A DNA stretch of 64,000 nucleotides from Macrostomum lignano (taxonomy: Eukaryota), in assembly GCA_002269645.1 (NCBI GenBank), contig NIVC01000238.1, forward strand, positions 62,001-126,000, read 5' to 3'. The position numbers were made by a program, and so were the translations under genes. The notes under the pieces are model-generated. The model saw only the letters and a list, made by a program, of their open reading frames with translations. It did no database searches and was not told the DNA's origin. Below, piece by piece: positions 52,097 to 64,000 of this stretch (its first letter is position 1; each line of letters opens with the position of its first letter).

Positions 52097-53149
52097 ATGC
52101 CTACGATTCAGACTTCAGCGCTCACTGTCTCCTGCCTGCTCAGCCTGCTGTCCGTTGCGTCCGGAGTCTGCGTCCGCTTCCGCGTCGTCTCTGGTTGCCC
52201 AGGAAACGTGATCGACCTGTCGCAGGTCAGCGGAGTTCAAGACCCTCGCACCTGCTCGGTGGAGTGCGCAGTGCGACCCAACTGCACCGCCGTGTTCAAG
52301 CGAGACGGCACTTGCTATCTGGCCACTGCCGCTCAGTATGAGGCGCTGTGGAGACCCCTGGACTGCGTCAGCGAGGTCAGCCGGCTTTTCACCTTTGCTG
52401 TTGGACCAGTTTTGTGTAATTTGATCAAGCCAACCATCATTCAGGCATAACTGTGAACTGCGCTATTTTATGTCCGGATTTTTTAGGTCGTTGACGATCG
52501 GCTTCCTTTCACCTCTGCCGAGGGAACAACAAAAGGTTTGGAGCTTGCCAACACTTTGCCCGTAGCCTCAACCACTGCTCTAGCCTCAACCACTGCTCCA
52601 GCCTCAACAACTGCTCCAGCCTCAACCACTGCTCCAGCCTCAACCACTGCTCCAGCCTCAACCATTTCTACAGCCTCAACCACTGCTCCTGACTCAACCA
52701 TTTCTACAGCCTCAACCACTGCTCCTGACTCAACCACTGCTCCTGACTCAACCACTGCTCCTGACTCAACCACTGCTCCTGACTCAACCACTGCTCCTGA
52801 CTCAACCACTGCTCCTGACTCAACCACTGCTCCTGACTCAACCACTGCTTCAGCCTCAACCACCACCACTGCTCCAGCCTCAACCACAGCTTCAAAACCG
52901 GAAGTCAAAATTGATGGCGGAACTCTAGCTGCAACAGCGGTTGAAAATGCCGACGATAAGACAGTTTCCGAAGTTTCGACACCGACTGAATCGAGTACTG
53001 TGTTCATTGCCTACAAAGAAGCAACAACAAAACCTGCTGAAGTCGCCAAGCCAACAACTGCCGTTCGGGAAGCTGCTTTTCGTAGAACAACGATGAAAAG
53101 TGATGAAAAGGGAATTTTGGAGAAAGTTGGAGATTTCTTGCTTGGATAG
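52097..53149 (+). CDS. Locus H: secreted PAN + mucin stalk + unique acidic/basic C-terminal tail, ~313 aa
   Basis: Exon 1 52097-52375 (MPTIQTSALTVSCLLSLLSVASG...CVSE). Intron 52376-52486 (gtcagc...ttttag). Exon 2 52487-53149 in frame: VVDDRL...(DSTTAP)n...EKVGDFLLG*. Confidence 0.82.
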
Positions 53150-55298
53150 TCAAAGGAAAACTACAAATTAACTACGACAGGATTCAAGTGATCAGCAAAA
53201 ATGAATAATTCCGAACTTGTTTTCGAAATTTTATTCAAGGAAAAATACCATGCACCTTCGATGATAGCATCTGCTGTAGAGATGTCTGGTTTCCATCTTT
53301 TTATTTGCTTTAGTTCTCACAAGTTTGAAAGAGGTGGGCAATGATGATGTCATGAATGCTTCTCTCAATTCAAATAAGAAGCTACTCAAGATTTCAAATT
53401 GCCGTCAATAAAAAATGGCTGAGTTGAATTCCTTAAGCTGTTTTCTCCTATTCACTGCATTCCTGTCTCTTTTTTGCTAAAATAGAAGAAAATCGATTTA
53501 TTCACTGATTGATGGACACTCAAATGTCACAAGTTTAGTACATTTAAACTCTTCCGCTTCAGTTGTTGACACACGCTTCAAGCAAAATGCACTGGTACAG
53601 CATTCCCCTTGCGCATGAGGTTGATTCCTTTTGTGTATAAAAAAGCCAATGCTTTATGAAGTAGCTATTTATGCTACTTTTAAATATTTCTAAACTCTGC
53701 AAGTTCAATCGCCTGTGCATCAGCGCCTAGCGCAAAACTGCAACCTCAATTTCGATTGGCACGCACATCACTACAGACTTTTGCTCTGAGATGACCAGAC
53801 GGAGACTTGTCACATCAGGAATTTATGCTTATCCAGCTGTCGTTGGATGCCCTCGACGTTTGGTGCCGACTCACGGGTCGCTTGGTGTTTCGAGGCTTTC
53901 CAAATCGACCAGGAAAGTGTTTTGTCTCTGCGAAGACTTGATTCTACATGTAATTGCATGCTACAAGTATGGAAACAATGATAAAAATTACAGTCTTGGT
54001 GTAGGGTCGTGTTTGCCTGTTGGATATTTCACAGTTTTAGCTATAAAATTCCAAAAATAGATCTGTCTTCAAGGACTACGACCAGCATTACTCTGGTTGT
54101 TGTTCCGTGATTAACGTCTGCAGGAAATTAACATCCATAAACTAAAACATGATACCAGTCAACAGGAGAGTGACTAAAGCAATATTAAAGACACAGTCAA
54201 TAGTTTCTACTCTTCAGTAGACGATTTCTATTCATCTTGCCTGAAAAGTTTAATATACTTAAATGGAATTTACACTACATATACAAATCTAGCCCACGAA
54301 ATGGACAAATATATTTCTACATGGATAAGAAATAAAAAAATTACGAGAATTCTCATTCACAAACGCTCTCATACGAGTTATAAAGTCAGCTGGTCATTGA
54401 TTCTAGCCAATACACTACTGGACAAATCAAATTAAAGGGAGGCTACACTGCATTCAAACCGCTTTTCGCTGTCTTTTTTCTGACCGCTTTTTAGCAACAT
54501 ATTGATATCTCAACTTCGACATGACTCAACTAAACATAGAACAAATATTTCATTGTATTAAATCGAGAGCAGTTTTCAGACGAAATTCTGAAATAAAGAC
54601 AGAATTTGAGAATTTGAAGTGGTCCGAGCTACAAGCGAGCCAGTACTGTGCCTTGGGGGTTGGTCCTGATTGATTTGAAACGCACGACAAACCACCGCCC
54701 GGCCAAGTTTCGTGCGCACTTGCTCTGATTTGCTTCCTTTCCAGGAAATTTCCCTGCAGTAGTTTGCATAGTTCACATAACTTCACATAAAAACATTAGC
54801 TTGATAAAAATGTGAATCGATCTACTGATTCGACAGCCGGCCTAACTATCAGATTTTAAAAAATTAACCACGCAATACTTTGCCTTCCCAATTACTAATA
54901 TTCCATCTCTACCAGAAGTACCAATGCGTGGCATCGTTTGAGCCCGTTTACCATCCTGCCATAAAAATATCAAGAAAAGCAGGCATTAAGAACTGCCGAT
55001 TAAATACAAGAAATTGATTCAAATAGAACATACAAGAGATTTTGGTACTCTAACGGAAAGTCCGCAAACCTTAGCCAATCGTAGAACTTTTGCTCGGTAA
55101 AACGCCAATCAAAAAGCTAAAATGGTACTGAGGTTTTTCGCTTAAAGCATAATGTGGACATATTTTTCTTCAATTCCATCGACACACAAGAAGCAGCCGA
55201 CACATTAAACAAACGTTAATTAAATTAAAAATCTAATTAGCTATTCTAAAAACTCCGCCTCCATTCATACCGAAAGTTCAATCCTTACATCTCAGAAG

Positions 55299-56621
55299 AT
55301 GCACCTGCCACATCACAGAATGCTGTCTGTGGCCTCTTGCCTGCTCAGCCTGCTGTCCGTCGCGTCCGGAGTCTGCGTCCGCTTCCGCGTCGTCTCGGGT
55401 TGCCCCGGAAACCTGACCGACCTGTTTCGGGTTAACGGAGTTCGAGACCCTCGCGTCTGCTCTGTGGAGTGCGCAGTGCGACCCAACTGCACCGCCGTGT
55501 TCAAGCGAGACGGCACTTGCTATCTGGCCACTGCCGCTCAGTATGAGGCGCTGTGGAGACCACTGGACTGCGTCAGCGAGGTCAGTCGGTCTATCTTGCT
55601 TTGTGATTAAAAATTGTTTTTGGGTGATTTGAGGCAAATGGGGCAACATAAAAATCAAAACTGCAGACTGAGCGAATGCAAAAATTATTGGATTAAAATT
55701 TCCTAGAACAACTTGTATAAAGCAATGTCTATTAAACAAAGATAAAACTCGATACGCTTCAAGCCAATGCCGCTCTTTTTTTAGGTCGTTGAGGGTCGGC
55801 TTCTATCCACCACTACTGAGGGAAAAAGTGCTGAGACTGACTCTGTCTCCACCACTGCTCCAGCCTCAAGCACCGCCACTGCTCCAGCCTCAACCACCGC
55901 CACTGCTCCAGCCTCAACCACTGCCACTGCTCCAGCCTCAACCACTGCCACTGCTCCAGCCTCAACCACTGCCACTGCTCCAGCCTCAACCACTGCCACT
56001 GCTCCAGCCTCAAGCACCGCCACTGCTCCAGCCTCAACCACCGCCACTGCTCCAGCCTCAACCACCGCCACTGCTCCAGCCTCAACCACTGCCACTGCTC
56101 CAGCCTCAACCACTGCCACTGCTCCAGCCTCAACCACTGCCACTGCTCCAGCCTCAACCACTGCCACTGCTCCAGCCTCAACAACTGCTCCAGCCTCAAC
56201 CACCGCCACTGCTCCAGCCTCAACCACTGCTCCCGTCTCATCCACTGCGCCAGCCTCAACCACTGCTCCAGCCTCAACCACTGCTCCAGCCTTAATCACC
56301 GCCACTGCTTCAGCCCCAACCACTGCTCCAGCCTCAAGCACTGCTTCAGCCTCAACAACGGATCCAGCCCCAACCACTGCTCCAGCCTCAACCACTGCTC
56401 CAGCCTCAACCACTGCTCCAGTCTCATACACTGCTCCAGTCTCAACCACTGCTTCAGCAAGCAGCACTGCGTGCGCATCAGCAGATCAATACTGCGGGAT
56501 CGAAGGCGAATACCAGCAGCATTGCAGCAGTGATGTTCATTATATGCAATGCTCCAACTTTAAGTACATTCAGAGGCAGTGCTCTCCCGGTACAAGCTGG
56601 TCCGCTGGCACATGCCCTTGA
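55299..56621 (+). CDS. Locus I: secreted PAN + long mucin stalk + 6-Cys chitin-binding (CBM14-like) cap, ~372 aa
   Basis: Exon 1 55299 (or Met 55320)-55580. Intron 55581-55784. Exon 2 55785-56621, open in the plus frame missed by the ORF track: VVEGRLL...(ASTTATAP)n...CASADQYCGIEGEYQQHCSSDVHYMQCSNFKYIQRQCSPGTSWSAGTCP*. Confidence 0.82.
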
Positions 56622-58475
56622 CTTTCGTCGCAGACAATAAGGTTCTATGTTCGGTTGATTAGACTTTTGTTATCCGTTTTCCATTGGGTCAGTTGCATTG
56701 GGAGAATTTAATATACAGTCACCGTCGACTCAATTTCATGACTGCATAGATTGTTTAAAACGGTCAGAAATATTAAATATATGCTCGACGTAGTAGCCAT
56801 GGGAAGTCGAGTTGGTGTCGTTATATCGCATTGTTCAAAAATATGGCAACCCAATTCAATGTTGGCGAATTCGAACAACTTTTTTGACGGCTAAACAAAG
56901 TTGCTGGTAAATGAGAACTTCTGCATTTCGCTGAACCTTGAGCCGCTGTATAACGTCGTTATCTGTCGGCATTTGTAAAAATACCCATTTGCCAGCGACG
57001 AGCCGGCGGACGTCAATTACGTCAAAATGTTGCTCGAAGGAGTGAAAAATGAAAAATTACCGACCAACCTGACACAGCTTTTATGCGGAACAGAATTCTT
57101 TGGGAATTTTTGTTGGAAAATTAAAAAACTCTTATGGAGGCCATCAAAATATTTTCGCGTGAACTGGGAAATTCATTGATGCAGGAAGCTTTCAGTGAAA
57201 AAAGTGGTAAAAATGTTTCAACACTTGCCATGGCAGCAGCTTTGCTTCACTAGCTGTTGTAGTTCCCGATTGCCAAATTTCAGCTGAGGCTTCAGGCGTT
57301 CTGATTTTTCAGCCTATTGTTTCAGTTCGCTGCAGTTTGAAGGATTTCAGTGGGAGTTTTCAGCAGCATCCACGCAAACTGTCAAGTTGAATGTGTTTTC
57401 TACAATAGCATAGAACAATACAATAAATCAATCGGATGTCAATATGGTGACAACCCAATCGTGACAAGCAGCGATAATTCTACTTCTGCACACTTGTGTG
57501 TGTGTCTGTCCATATGACTAGGTACAATTCCACGCGCTTGTCTGCCTGCGCAGGGGAGTCGGCGGAATGGGAAAATGCAAGCACCCTGCTTCTAATAAAA
57601 AGCGGCCATCGATCAGAGAGATTTTTTCGTTGGCAAAGCGATTTACTTCATAGAGCACTTCATAGCTTGTTTGATTACTACCAAGAAGATATATAGTTCG
57701 TCTTTTCTGCATTGGTAAACATTTCTGCAGAGCGTCGCTTTTGTGAAATGAAATCACACTACTGCCATAAGCATGCAGACTTTGCAGCGCTTAACTCGAA
57801 CCTGACACGCAGCCTATTCAAGAAATTTTATTCTTTTCTTTGTTGCCTCCCAAGCAGATTGCTAGTTTAAAACTAAAAACTGAAAACTTTCTATCTTACT
57901 AATGCAAGGTCGGCCAACTCCGAGCTGCAAAGCTTCTCTATATCCGGCCACGACTCTTTGAAATTTCACAATAGCAATCCGGCCCGGTTCTCTGTCTTCT
58001 TTTCTTTGTTTTCCTATTTCCTCTTCTGCTTCTTCTGTTTCTGTTGTCGGGGATCCACAGTGAGAAATATGAGCTAAATGCTATTCACCATGCTGTTTGA
58101 AGATGTCCCAGGCTACATCGAGAGTTTTACTTGGATCTTAGTGACAGAACGGGGCGATATTTGGTTGAAAGTACATTCACGGATCTAAGGACGCTCTAGC
58201 TGGGACCAATTTGACCCTATCTGATATCAGATGCATGTACTTTTGAAGCTGACTTGTGTATGCATTTCTGCTGAAATGAAATCTACAGAGCACGACTCTC
58301 CGAAACTGAAATCTCCGGAACTGAAAGCATAAAGCCAAAAATCATACATCCATGCTACCAGGGAGGCACGGCTTTCAGAGCACGGAAGATAAGCATTGCT
58401 TGTTCGGATTAAACTCACTTATTAGATGATGCTCGAGTAGTGGCCGTTTCTGACGTTTTTGTTATCCACAAAGTA

Positions 58476-58640
58476 CTCATACTGAGCGGCCGTGGCCAGA
58501 TAGCAAGTGCCGTCTCGCTTGAACACGGCGGTGCAGTTGGGTCACACTGCGCACTCCACCGAGCAGGCGCGAGGGTCTCGAACCCCGTTGACCTGCGACA
58601 GGCCGGTCACGTTTCCGGGGCAACCGGAGCCGACGCAGAG
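58476..58640 (-). pseudogene. Locus J: isolated PAN-exon fragment with a nonsense mutation
   Basis: SGCPGNVTGLSQVNGVRDPRACSVECAV*PNCTAVFKRDGTCYLATAAQYE. CGA>TGA at 58542-58544; no signal peptide, donor or exon 2; lies next to the LTR. Confidence 0.8.
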
Positions 58641-60650
58641 TCGGTAGGAGACGCTGGCCTGCGACGATGGCTTCATGCCAGTACAAGTAGTTAAGCAATT
58701 TTTTGATACTTAACGTTATTGAACGGAAAAACGTATTATGAATTATTTTCTTCCGAAAGGTATGTGATAAATAGGCAATTAGATAATAGCATGCACGGTG
58801 AGCAATTATTTAGGCCCTAGACAAACCTATTGGAGCGTTCGGAGATTTTAAAGCTATTAATCCTAATCGCCTATCGCCGGTCGGCGAGTCCTACCAGTCT
58901 TTCTCCAATAGCCGCAGGTACAGTACAAGAAAATAAAGAACACGAGGAAACACAAAACGAAAGATTTAGAGAGTGATAATCCTATTTCAGAATAACTAAC
59001 TTGATTGACGGTTTAATTTGATTAGCTGAGTTACAAGATTCAACAAGATTCAATTACAAGATGCAATTCGCGGCGCAGATAAATTGACACAGATGATAAT
59101 AACGATTAATAACTAATAAATTAATTACGCAACTGGCAAGCGGATCTCAGCTGAAGAAGAAGGAGGCACCGAACACAGGACCACGGAGAAAGACTCCTAA
59201 CCCCTGGCCTAAGCCAGAACCTACTCTCAAACGAGAGCCCTGCCGAACCGACCGTTCAACGGAGTACCGACTAAATTCTATCGGCACTGCCCTTCAGTGT
59301 AACACTGAGGCCCTCGGGGTCGAGGCCGCGTACTTGATCAGATCCGACAGTCTCTATCTAACCGCGCTTGATAGCGACGACTTCAGACAGAAATTTGCCG
59401 TAGACGTTACGCCACAAGACTACTGCGGTTGGGCGGGAACAAAGATATGGACCGGGGGTGATGAAATCAAAACGCCTCAAAGCGCGAACCAACAAGGGGA
59501 GGAAAAGTCGGGCCACCGGCCGGGAACTGGACAAGACAAAACCGGGGAAAAGGAGAGAGACGAGATCCGATTGCCAAAACACACCTTCATATATAGTCAG
59601 AGTCACAACCCCTCAAAACCCCCTCAAGCCGGGTGGTGGTCGTCTGGCCGGCCGCTCGCTTAAGCCGAATTGCACTGTGCCCGCGGCGCCGGGTAGAATT
59701 GAACTTGCCGCGTGCCAGGGTCCAGGCCGGTTCTGATTGGCTGACCGCGCAAAGCTAGGGTTCGCATACAAACTCAACCCTCCGCTGAGTCACAGATGGC
59801 GTCTAACTCTAACCTGTTTACGCAAAATTGATTCCAACTAACAAGGAAAAAGTACACCAAAAACGTATGACTAAACTAAAGCAAAATAACAATTCAATAA
59901 CAATATAGAAACTAATGCAGTCAATTTACAACAAAATACACGCAAAGATGCTCACACTACACTCCCCCCTCCTAAAAGAAATAGAGTACAAAGGAAGAAA
60001 AATTTGAAAATTCGAAATACGCGTAACATACTACTTCCAGTAAGCAAATGAGTACTATATAATGAATTTCGCGTTTACGGGAACCAAAATTCGCAAAACA
60101 AGCAATGTTACAACGAGAATAACTATAGCAATCAGGGGAATAACGCAATGAACACAATACAATTCTTTGACACGGCAAAACGCAATCAAATACATAAGCA
60201 AAGTTACTATGCAATACGCGGCACGACAAAACACAACACAAGCAAATCAATAAATAAATCGAAACAAATCGCGACAGAACGCAACGTTTACGCAAACTAT
60301 GGCACGACTTTCTACAATCGAAAACTTAAAGCAAAACGCATGCTACCCATCACCAAGAACAAATAACGCGTTGACGCATTTTACAAAAATTAATTAAATT
60401 ACTCCTTCTCGACGTGCTACGATGAACCTTATCGGCTGGCAAAATTTTATTACTCGCTGATTTAACTATCCGCACCTCCCCCCTCCTAAAAAAGGTAGGG
60501 TGGACGCTCCGACCCTCACTGTCTCCACAGCGGAATTCTTATCGCAATATACCACGACGCTTATCTCTATCGGGTGCCTCGACGATAATTAACTCACGCC
60601 CACGCTCCCGTGGCGGACTAACACTCAGCGCGCGAAGACTATCGCCCATT

Positions 60651-61028
60651 GGCTGCATTTTACGGTCTTGCCCAGGACCAATCCCCGTGGCGAAATTCAC
60701 CGCCCAATGGCTGCAGTTTTCTGTCGTGCCCAGGACAAAACTATAAATTCACCCGACCGGGCTCCTTTCTTTCGCACTTCAGTCGTCTTGTGGTTGCTTC
60801 TTTTGGTAATTGAACTCTTCCAACGGCTGCAGTTTAACGTCATGCCCATGACGTCGCTTTTCTATCTTTCTCTGACTTCTTTCGTCTCGTGGTTGCAGTT
60901 TAACGTCGTGCCAGGACGTCTTTTTTGTCGATTTCTGTCCTAGCGGTTGCAGTTTAACGTCTTGCCCAGGACGCTTGCTTAGTTAGTTTCTCTCCTAGCG
61001 GTTGCAGTTTAACGTCTTACCCAGGACG
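60651..61028. repeat. Six ~28-bp conserved repeats (ggttgcagtttaacgtcttgcccaggacg) separated by 26-88-nt divergent spacers in the Gypsy 3' UTR
   Basis: Repeats start at 60651, 60709, 60825, 60891, 60945, 61000. The four right-hand units have a cgtc/gacg stem; the two left-hand units are more degenerate. Confidence 0.85.
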
Positions 61029-61611
61029 CTTCAGACATTTCTAGCTGCAACATGTGACATGTCGATCAGCTGTAAGTTAGACTTATTTTTGCGTCAAGCA
61101 GTTTCTGACTCAAGCAATTTAAATAATATTTTTGTGTTGTTTTTATGATGCTTTTACAATTTTTATGTTTTTATCGAATATTCACGCATGTCAGTTCTAC
61201 TGCAAGACTGTTTTTGAATAATTTTAATAATAATATTTATTCCTTAATAATTTTATCGCATAATAATATTACCGATGGAACCGCAGACGACTTCAATCTG
61301 GGCCCTTTTCGATTTCAATTTCTGCTAGCAACTTCAATTGTTTATCTCTTCTATGGTCGTCTATGGTATTTCTCTTTCGTTAGCGTCCTGGAATCTACCA
61401 GGTGTGGCAGCTCGAGCAGTTAGTCTTCAACTCCTGCAACTGCAGTGTCAACATCAGCACTTGCAAGTCTTTATTATTTTTTTCTATTGACTATTTTTCT
61501 CCGGTTCCATTTTCGTTCAACAAATTTCTCGCGTATGTCTCGACAAGTTACTATTAGTAATACAATTGAAATTTTCGTCCCGACAGTGCCTTTCGTTTCT
61601 ATAGACTCCAT

Positions 61612-64000
61612 TCAATGATAACCGTATCGTTCCGGGGGTCTAATCGCCGCGCGGTTCCGCAGCCGCGGTATCCAGCTAACATTATTCATGCCTGCCCGCT
61701 GCGGGGGCGTACTGTGCACTGGGCTCAGATGCATTAAATTCGGTGGAGTGCGCACAGGAATCTGCCTGGCCTGAGACCCCGCAGGACTCGCCTGCGCCTG
61801 CTGGTTTGCATTGGCCGCTGTCTGAGTATTTTCGACTGCTCTATTCATATTACTTTCAGTAGCTTCGTGAGCTCTCTCACGTTGCAAAAATCTAATTCTC
61901 TCTGGCCTCTGAATCTCCACTTGGACTCGTTCTGACTCCTCCGAGCCGTCATCACTAGCACTTCCAGCTTCCTCTTCTCGATATTGACGCAACTTTTCTT
62001 CTGACAAGTAGCAGGGCTTTGTTCTGTCTACTGTCACTACGTCATGAATTCTGACGGGTTGCTCTATTCGGTCAACCTTTGGACCGGGTTCAATTTTTAA
62101 ATTTTTTCCATTATTTCTTACTTCAAGCACTCGATACGGACCTACCCATTTCCTATTCGTATCATAACAATTCTGCGTATTCGCTATCCAGACCAGGTCA
62201 CCTGGCTGATAATACTGCTGGAATACTTTCGTGTCATAATTCGATTTCTGCCGCCTGACTGATATTTGCTGCTTTTCTCTGGCGATTCTATACGATTCCA
62301 TGCACTTCTTATACAGATCATGTAAATGTTTATCACGGGTCTTGCGCTCCGGTGCAGGCAATCCGAGCTCAGCATCAACCGGTAGCCGCATCTTTCGACC
62401 ATAGACTAATTCGAACGGGCTAAACTTATTGCTTTCACTGACCGTGCTTCGCTGAACCATCAAAGCGTGCGGAAGCACCTCATCCCATGCCAAACTGAGT
62501 TCACTCTGAGCTAATCTGATTCCATCTTTCACTACTCTGACCATGCGCTCGCAGCGACCGTTTGCCTGCGGATGGTAGCTAGTAGTATGGCGCAAATCTA
62601 TTCGGAAATTTTCGGTTAACGATTTCACTAATTCTGCAGTAAACGATGTACCTCTGTCTGATATGAATGCTTCAGGGGCACCATGCCGAGTGATCCACTC
62701 TGTGTACAGGGCCCAAGCTGTACTTTCAGCTGTACAATCTCTCAGCGCTTTTACCTCTAGCCAGCCCGTAAAGTGATCAACCATCAGCAGGAGGTACTTG
62801 TTCCCCCGTGCTGTGGCGTTGAACGGACCGGCGAAATCTATATGTACTTTCTCGCCCATGTAACTGCTGACTTTGGTTCTAAGGGCGCTCGTGGCTTCGG
62901 CCCGTATTTCTTTCTTGTCTGGCACTCAGTACAAGTCTTAATATATCTATCTAAGTTCGTTGAATAGTTTGGCCACCAAAATCTCTGTCGAATCAAATCT
63001 TTTGTCTTTGAAATACCGCCGTGGGCCATTTGATCGTGGTAAGCTCGAAACAACTGCTGCTCCAGGGCTTGGTTTTCCGGCAGTACAGTCTGCTCAAATT
63101 TTCGGCCTTCGGAATCTATCCAATTCCTGTAAATTATGTCATTTTTCACTAATAGCTGCTCATAATCGCTAAATAAAGACTTATAACTGCGGCTCATTCC
63201 AACCCATTCATTCTTGGGCGGACAGGGCTCTCCCTGTCTGAGCTTTTGCTTGAGCAGCAGCAACTCTGGCTGGCTCTCCTGCAGTTCTACAATTCCCGCT
63301 GGCGTATCGATATTAATTGCACCGCAGTGGACTGTTGCTGTCTTCGTCGCACTGCAAGTGGGGCATTCCTCATGGTAGCGTTTCGGGGGACCATCCCGCT
63401 GAGGTCTGCGACTCAGGGCGTCTGCGTTACCATGGGCGATCCCTTGGCGGTACTGAATTGCAAAGTCATATTCTTCCATTCTCGAAATAACTTCAAATTG
63501 ATCAAACTGCTCAAGAATCATGTTCCATCTTCCTAACATGCCTTTTGCACCGTGGCACTTGCGTAGCCATTGGAGGGCCGCGTGGTCTGTCCTGACCTTG
63601 AAACGACGGCCGACCAGATAAGGCCGGTAATGTTCTAAGAAATATATCAGCGCAAACATTTCCTTCATCGTAGTGCAGTAATTCAACTGATGCTCATTTA
63701 ACGGATGCGAAGCATAGGCTATTACTTTTTCTTCCCCATCTTGCTCTTGTAATAAATTTCCACCTATAGCTACGTCACAGGCGTCGACATCGAGGATGAA
63801 CGGTCCCGCGTCGCTATCGAACCTGGGGTAGCTCAGTACAGGTGCGCTTACTAACTTCTGCTTTAAAAGATCGAATGCCTTCTGGCAACTGTCATCCCAC
63901 TTATACTTGACATCTTTTCTAGTTAAATTATTCAAGGGCTCACTTATTCGCGCAAAGTCTTTAATAAATCTGCGATAGTAGCCGGCTAAGCCTAAGAATC
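61612..64000 (-). CDS. Gypsy pol C-terminal half: RT end, RNase H, integrase (HHCC, DDE, GPY/F); 1-bp frameshift near 62880
   Basis: FLGLAGYYRRFIKDFA; DACDVAIG...NYCTTMKEMFA...RTDHAALQWL; HDQMAHGG...CTEC. In the next frame: VHIDFAGPF, VDHFTGW, SDRGTSF, YHPQANGRCER, WVGPYRV. Confidence 0.92.

Larger units (their letters stand above)
58763..64000 (-). mobile_element. Ty3/Gypsy LTR retrotransposon, 3' portion (continues beyond the window)
   Basis: pol ORFs below. PPT taggaggggggag at 59962-59974 immediately before TGTAG (3' LTR start 59961). The LTR end at ~58763 (...ATCACA) is inferred only, because the 5' LTR and TSD are outside the window. Confidence 0.85.

Noticed and set aside
59972-60295. 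107-aa hydrophobic ORF before the PPT as a possible env
   Set aside because: Low-complexity product of a T-rich sense strand, non-ATG start, no env features.
60651-61028. CRISPR array call
   Set aside because: Eukaryotic retrotransposon context, no cas genes, irregular and partly related spacers; kept as a repeat-spacer finding only.

Overview
Repeat-rich eukaryotic genomic DNA, probably from a metazoan invertebrate: short GT-AG introns, GC-rich exons in AT-rich flanks and TTAGGG tracts. It resembles flatworm (Macrostomum-like) assemblies, but that is unverified. The ORF track misses most real genes because they are spliced, and many long ORFs in it are repeat artefacts. Main content: (1) a cluster of about 10 related loci for secreted proteins starting with signal peptide + PAN/apple-like domain. 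Eight loci share an almost invariant first exon. Each intact locus splices in phase 0 to a different second exon (Thr/Ala/Ser mucin stalk, with or without a 6-Cys chitin-binding-like cap). One divergent locus instead carries an ALK/LTK-type glycine-rich domain. (2) Six non-autonomous Helitron-like elements joined head-to-tail (CTAG|TC), carrying minisatellites, TTAGGG tracts and a tRNA-like A/B-box module; two copies form an inverted pair around two of the genes. (3) Two Ty3/Gypsy LTR elements: one internally deleted with identical 196-bp LTRs, one running off the window with a repeat-spacer array and a duplicated PPT in its 3' UTR. (4) A hAT-type MITE, a Crypton-like tyrosine recombinase relic and several micro/minisatellites. 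All coordinates and splice models were read by eye; no database searches were run.
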